This document shows, in pieces, positions 21,801 through 24,626 of a stretch of 24,626 bases of DNA. The notes under the pieces are model-generated. The model searched no databases. It was not told the DNA's origin and was given only the letters and a program-made list of their open reading frames with translations. Source of the stretch: Utricularia gibba. Taxonomy: Eukaryota; Plantae; Magnoliophyta. The translations under genes and the position numbers were made by a program. The stretch spans positions 1 through 24,626 of the forward strand of contig NEEC01000381.1 of assembly GCA_002189035.1 (NCBI GenBank). The letters run 5' to 3'. Within the stretch, counting starts at the first letter, position 1. Each line of letters opens with the position of its first letter.

Positions 21801-24626
21801 CTGCCTACATGGTTTTTCAAGGAACAGCTTCTCGTTTTGTGGCGGCCAGTCTCGCTGGGAACTTGGTCCTTGACCCCGATTATGTATGCTCATGAGGTCA
21901 ACCGGATGCAAATCGATTAAAAAAATGATGCCTTTTTTAAATTACGATATCACGTGCACCCCACATGATTTTTTCAACAACTTACTTTATACTTGAGGAG
22001 GCGGTCTTGGGGTGCACCTGGAACGGGACAAAGGTCAGGTTTGGCTTGCGCCGAGAGTTAGTTGTAGCTCGGCAAATAAAGTGATGTATTTATTAACGTT
22101 CAGTTTTCGGGGGCTGCCTACATGGTTTTTCAAGGAACAGCTTCTCGTTTTTGTGGCGGCCAGTCTCGCTGGGAACTTGGTCCTTGACCCGATTATGTAT
22201 GGCTCATGAGGTCAACCGGATGCAAATCGATTAAAAAAATGATGCCTTTGTTTAAATTACGATATCACGTGCACCCCACATGATTTTTTCAACAACTTAC
22301 TTTATACTTGAGGAGGCGGTCTTGGGGTGCACCTAGAACGGGACAAAGGTCAGGTTTGGCTTGCGCCGAGAGTTAGTTGTAGCTCGGAAAATAAAGTGAT
22401 GTATTTATTAACGTTCAGTTTTGGGGGCTGCCTACATGGTTTTTCAAGGAACAGCTTCTCGTTTTGTGGCGGCCAGTCTCGCTGGGAACTTGGTCCTTGA
22501 CCCCGATTCTGTATGGCTCATGAGGTCAACCGGATGCAAATCGATTAAAAAAATGATGCCTTTGTTTAAATTACGATATCACGTGCACCCCACATGATTT
22601 TTTCAACAACTTACTTTATACTTGAGGAGGCGGTCTTGGGGTGCACCTAGAACGGGACAAAGGTCAGGTTTGGCTTGCGCCGAGAGTTAGTTGTAGCTCG
22701 GCAAATAAAGTGATGTATTTATTAACGTTCAGTTTTCGGGGGCTGCCTACATGGTTTTTCAAGGAACAGCTTCTCGTTTTGTGGCGGCCAGTCTCGCTGG
22801 GAACTTGGTCCTTGACCCCGATTATGTATGGCTCATGAGGTCAACCGGATGCAAATCGATTAAAAAAAATGATGCTTTGTTTAAATTACGATATCACGTG
22901 CACCCCACATGATTTTTTCAACAACTTACTTTATACTTGAGGAGGCGGTCTTGGGGCACCTAGAACGGGACAAAGGTTTTGGCTTGCGCCGAGAGTTAGT
23001 TGTAGCCGGCAAATAAAGTGATGTATTTATTAACGTTCAGTTTTCGGGGGCTGCCTACATGGTTTTTCAAGGAACAGCTTCTCGTTTTGTGGCGGCCAGT
23101 CTCGCTGGGAACTTGGTCCTTGACCCCGATTATGTATGGCTCATGAGGTCAACCGGATGCAAATCGATTAAAAAAATGATGCCTTTGTTTAAATTACGAT
23201 ATCACGTGCACCCCACATGATTTTTTCAACAACTTACTTTATACTTGAGGAGGCGGTCTTGGGGTGCACCTAGAACGGGACAAAGGTCAGGTTTGGCTTG
23301 CGCCGAGAGTTAGTTGTAGCTCGGCAAATAAAGTGATGTATTTATTAACGTTCAGTTTTCGGGGGCTGCCTACATGGTTTTTCAAGGAACAGCTTCTCGT
23401 TTTGTGGCGGCCAGTCTCGCTGGGAACTTGGTCCTTGACCCCGATTATGTATGCTCATGAGGTCAACCGGATGCAAATCGATTAAAATGATGCCTTTGTT
23501 TAAATTACGATATCACGTGCACCCCACATGATTTTTTCAACAACTTGCTTTATACTTGTGGAGGCGGTCTTGGGGTGCACCTGGAACGGACAAAGGTCAG
23601 GTTTGGCTTGCGCCGAGAGTTAGTTGTAGCCGGCAAATAAAGTGATGTATTTATTAACGTTCAGTTTTCGGGGGCTGCCTACATGGTTTTTCAAGGAACA
23701 GCTTCTCGTTTTGTGGCGGCCAGTCTCGCTGGGAACTTGGTCCTTGACCCCGATTATGTATGCTCATGAGGTCAACCGGATGCAAATCGATTAAAAAAAA
23801 TGATGCCTTTGTTTAAATTACGATATCACGTGCACCCCACATGATTTTTTCAACAACTTACTTTATACTTGAGGAGGCGGTCTTGGGGTGCACCTAGAAC
23901 GGGACAAAGGTCAGGTTTGGCTTGCGCCGAGAGTTAGTTGTAGCCGGCAAATAAAGTGATGTATTTATTAACGTTCAGTTTTCGGGGCTGCCTACATGGT
24001 TTTTCAAGGAACAGCTTCTCGTTTTGTGGCGGCCAGTCTCGCTGGAACTTGGTCCTTGACCCCGATTATGTATGGCTCATGAGGTCAACCGGATGCAAAT
24101 CGATTAAAAAAATGATGCCTTTGTTTAAATTACGATATCACGTGCACCCCACATGATTTTTTCAACAACTTACTTTATACTTGAGGAGGCGGTCTTGGGT
24201 GCACCTAGAACGGGACAAAGGTCAGGTTTGGCTTGCGCCGAGAGTTAGTTGTAGCTCGGCAAATAAAGTGATGTATTTATTAACGTTCAGTTTTCGGGGG
24301 CTGCCTACATGGTTTTTCAAGGAACAGCTTCTCGTTTTGTGGCGGCCAGTCTCGCTGGAACTTGGTCCTTGACCCGATTCTGTATGGCTCATGAGGTCAA
24401 CCGGATGGAAATCGATTAAAAAAATGATGCCTTTGTTTAAATTACGATATCACGTGCACCCCACATGATTTTTTTCAACAACTTACTTTATACTTGAGGA
24501 GGCGGTCTTGGGTGCACCTAGAACGGGACAAAGGTCAGGTTTGGCTTGCGCCGAGAGTTAGTTGTAGCCGGCAAATAAAGTGATGTATTTATTAACGTTC
24601 AGTTTTCGGGGCTGCCTACATGGTTT

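Larger units (their letters stand above)
1..24626. repeat. Tandem satellite-like array, ~315-bp monomer, 79 full copies plus a partial copy, all in the same orientation
   Basis: The motif GAGAGTTAGTTGTA recurs at about 1, 301, 609, 921, 1231, 1507, 1818 ... 23928, 24240 and 24552, with mean spacing ~311 nt and clean units of 313-316 nt. Hand-built consensus (315 nt): GAGAGTTAGTTGTAGCTCGGCAAATAAAGTGATGTATTTATTAACGTTCAGTTTTCGGGGGCTGCCTACATGGTTTTTCAAGGAACAGCTTCTCGTTTTGTGGCGGCCAGTCTCGCTGGGAACTTGGTCCTTGACCCCGATTATGTATGGCTCATGAGGTCAACCGGATGCAAATCGATTAAAAAAATGATGCCTTTGTTTAAATTACGATATCACGTGCACCCCACATGATTTTTTCAACAACTTACTTTATACTTGAGGAGGCGGTCTTGGGGTGCACCTAGAACGGGACAAAGGTCAGGTTTGGCTTGCGCC. No non-repeat sequence is present and both window ends fall inside monomers. 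Confidence 0.98.

Noticed and set aside
283-24372. The ~60 ORFs of 61-118 aa in the supplied track
   Set aside because: All are frames of the same monomer, joined differently by indels. The consensus has stops in the plus frames I followed, no recognisable domain is present, and recurrent variants show no synonymous bias.
1-24626. CRISPR or other repeat-spacer array
   Set aside because: There are no unique spacers; the entire 315 nt is repeated, and no cas or other gene is present.

Overview
The whole 24,626-nt window is one uninterrupted head-to-tail tandem array of a ~315-bp monomer (79 complete copies plus a 75-nt partial copy, ~45% GC), with no unique sequence, inversion or credible gene. 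All ORFs in the track are translations of this monomer. By hand alignment, the monomer is itself a dimer of two ~157/158-bp subunits that are ~54% identical with a single gap. That is the size and organisation typical of eukaryotic centromeric or heterochromatic satellite DNA with a dimeric higher-order repeat. Differences between copies are of two kinds. Scattered, deletion-biased homopolymer errors look like unpolished long-read sequence. Recurrent substitutions that are linked over 45-90 nt and cluster in space define at least three monomer haplotypes. The linked variants favour a real genomic array over a rolling-circle concatemer of one template, but I cannot exclude an amplified small circle. 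I cannot identify the host or a named satellite family. I found no ribozyme, CRISPR, tRNA/rRNA gene or mobile-element hallmark, and no clear evidence for a new gene system. All counts were made by hand and may be off by one or two.
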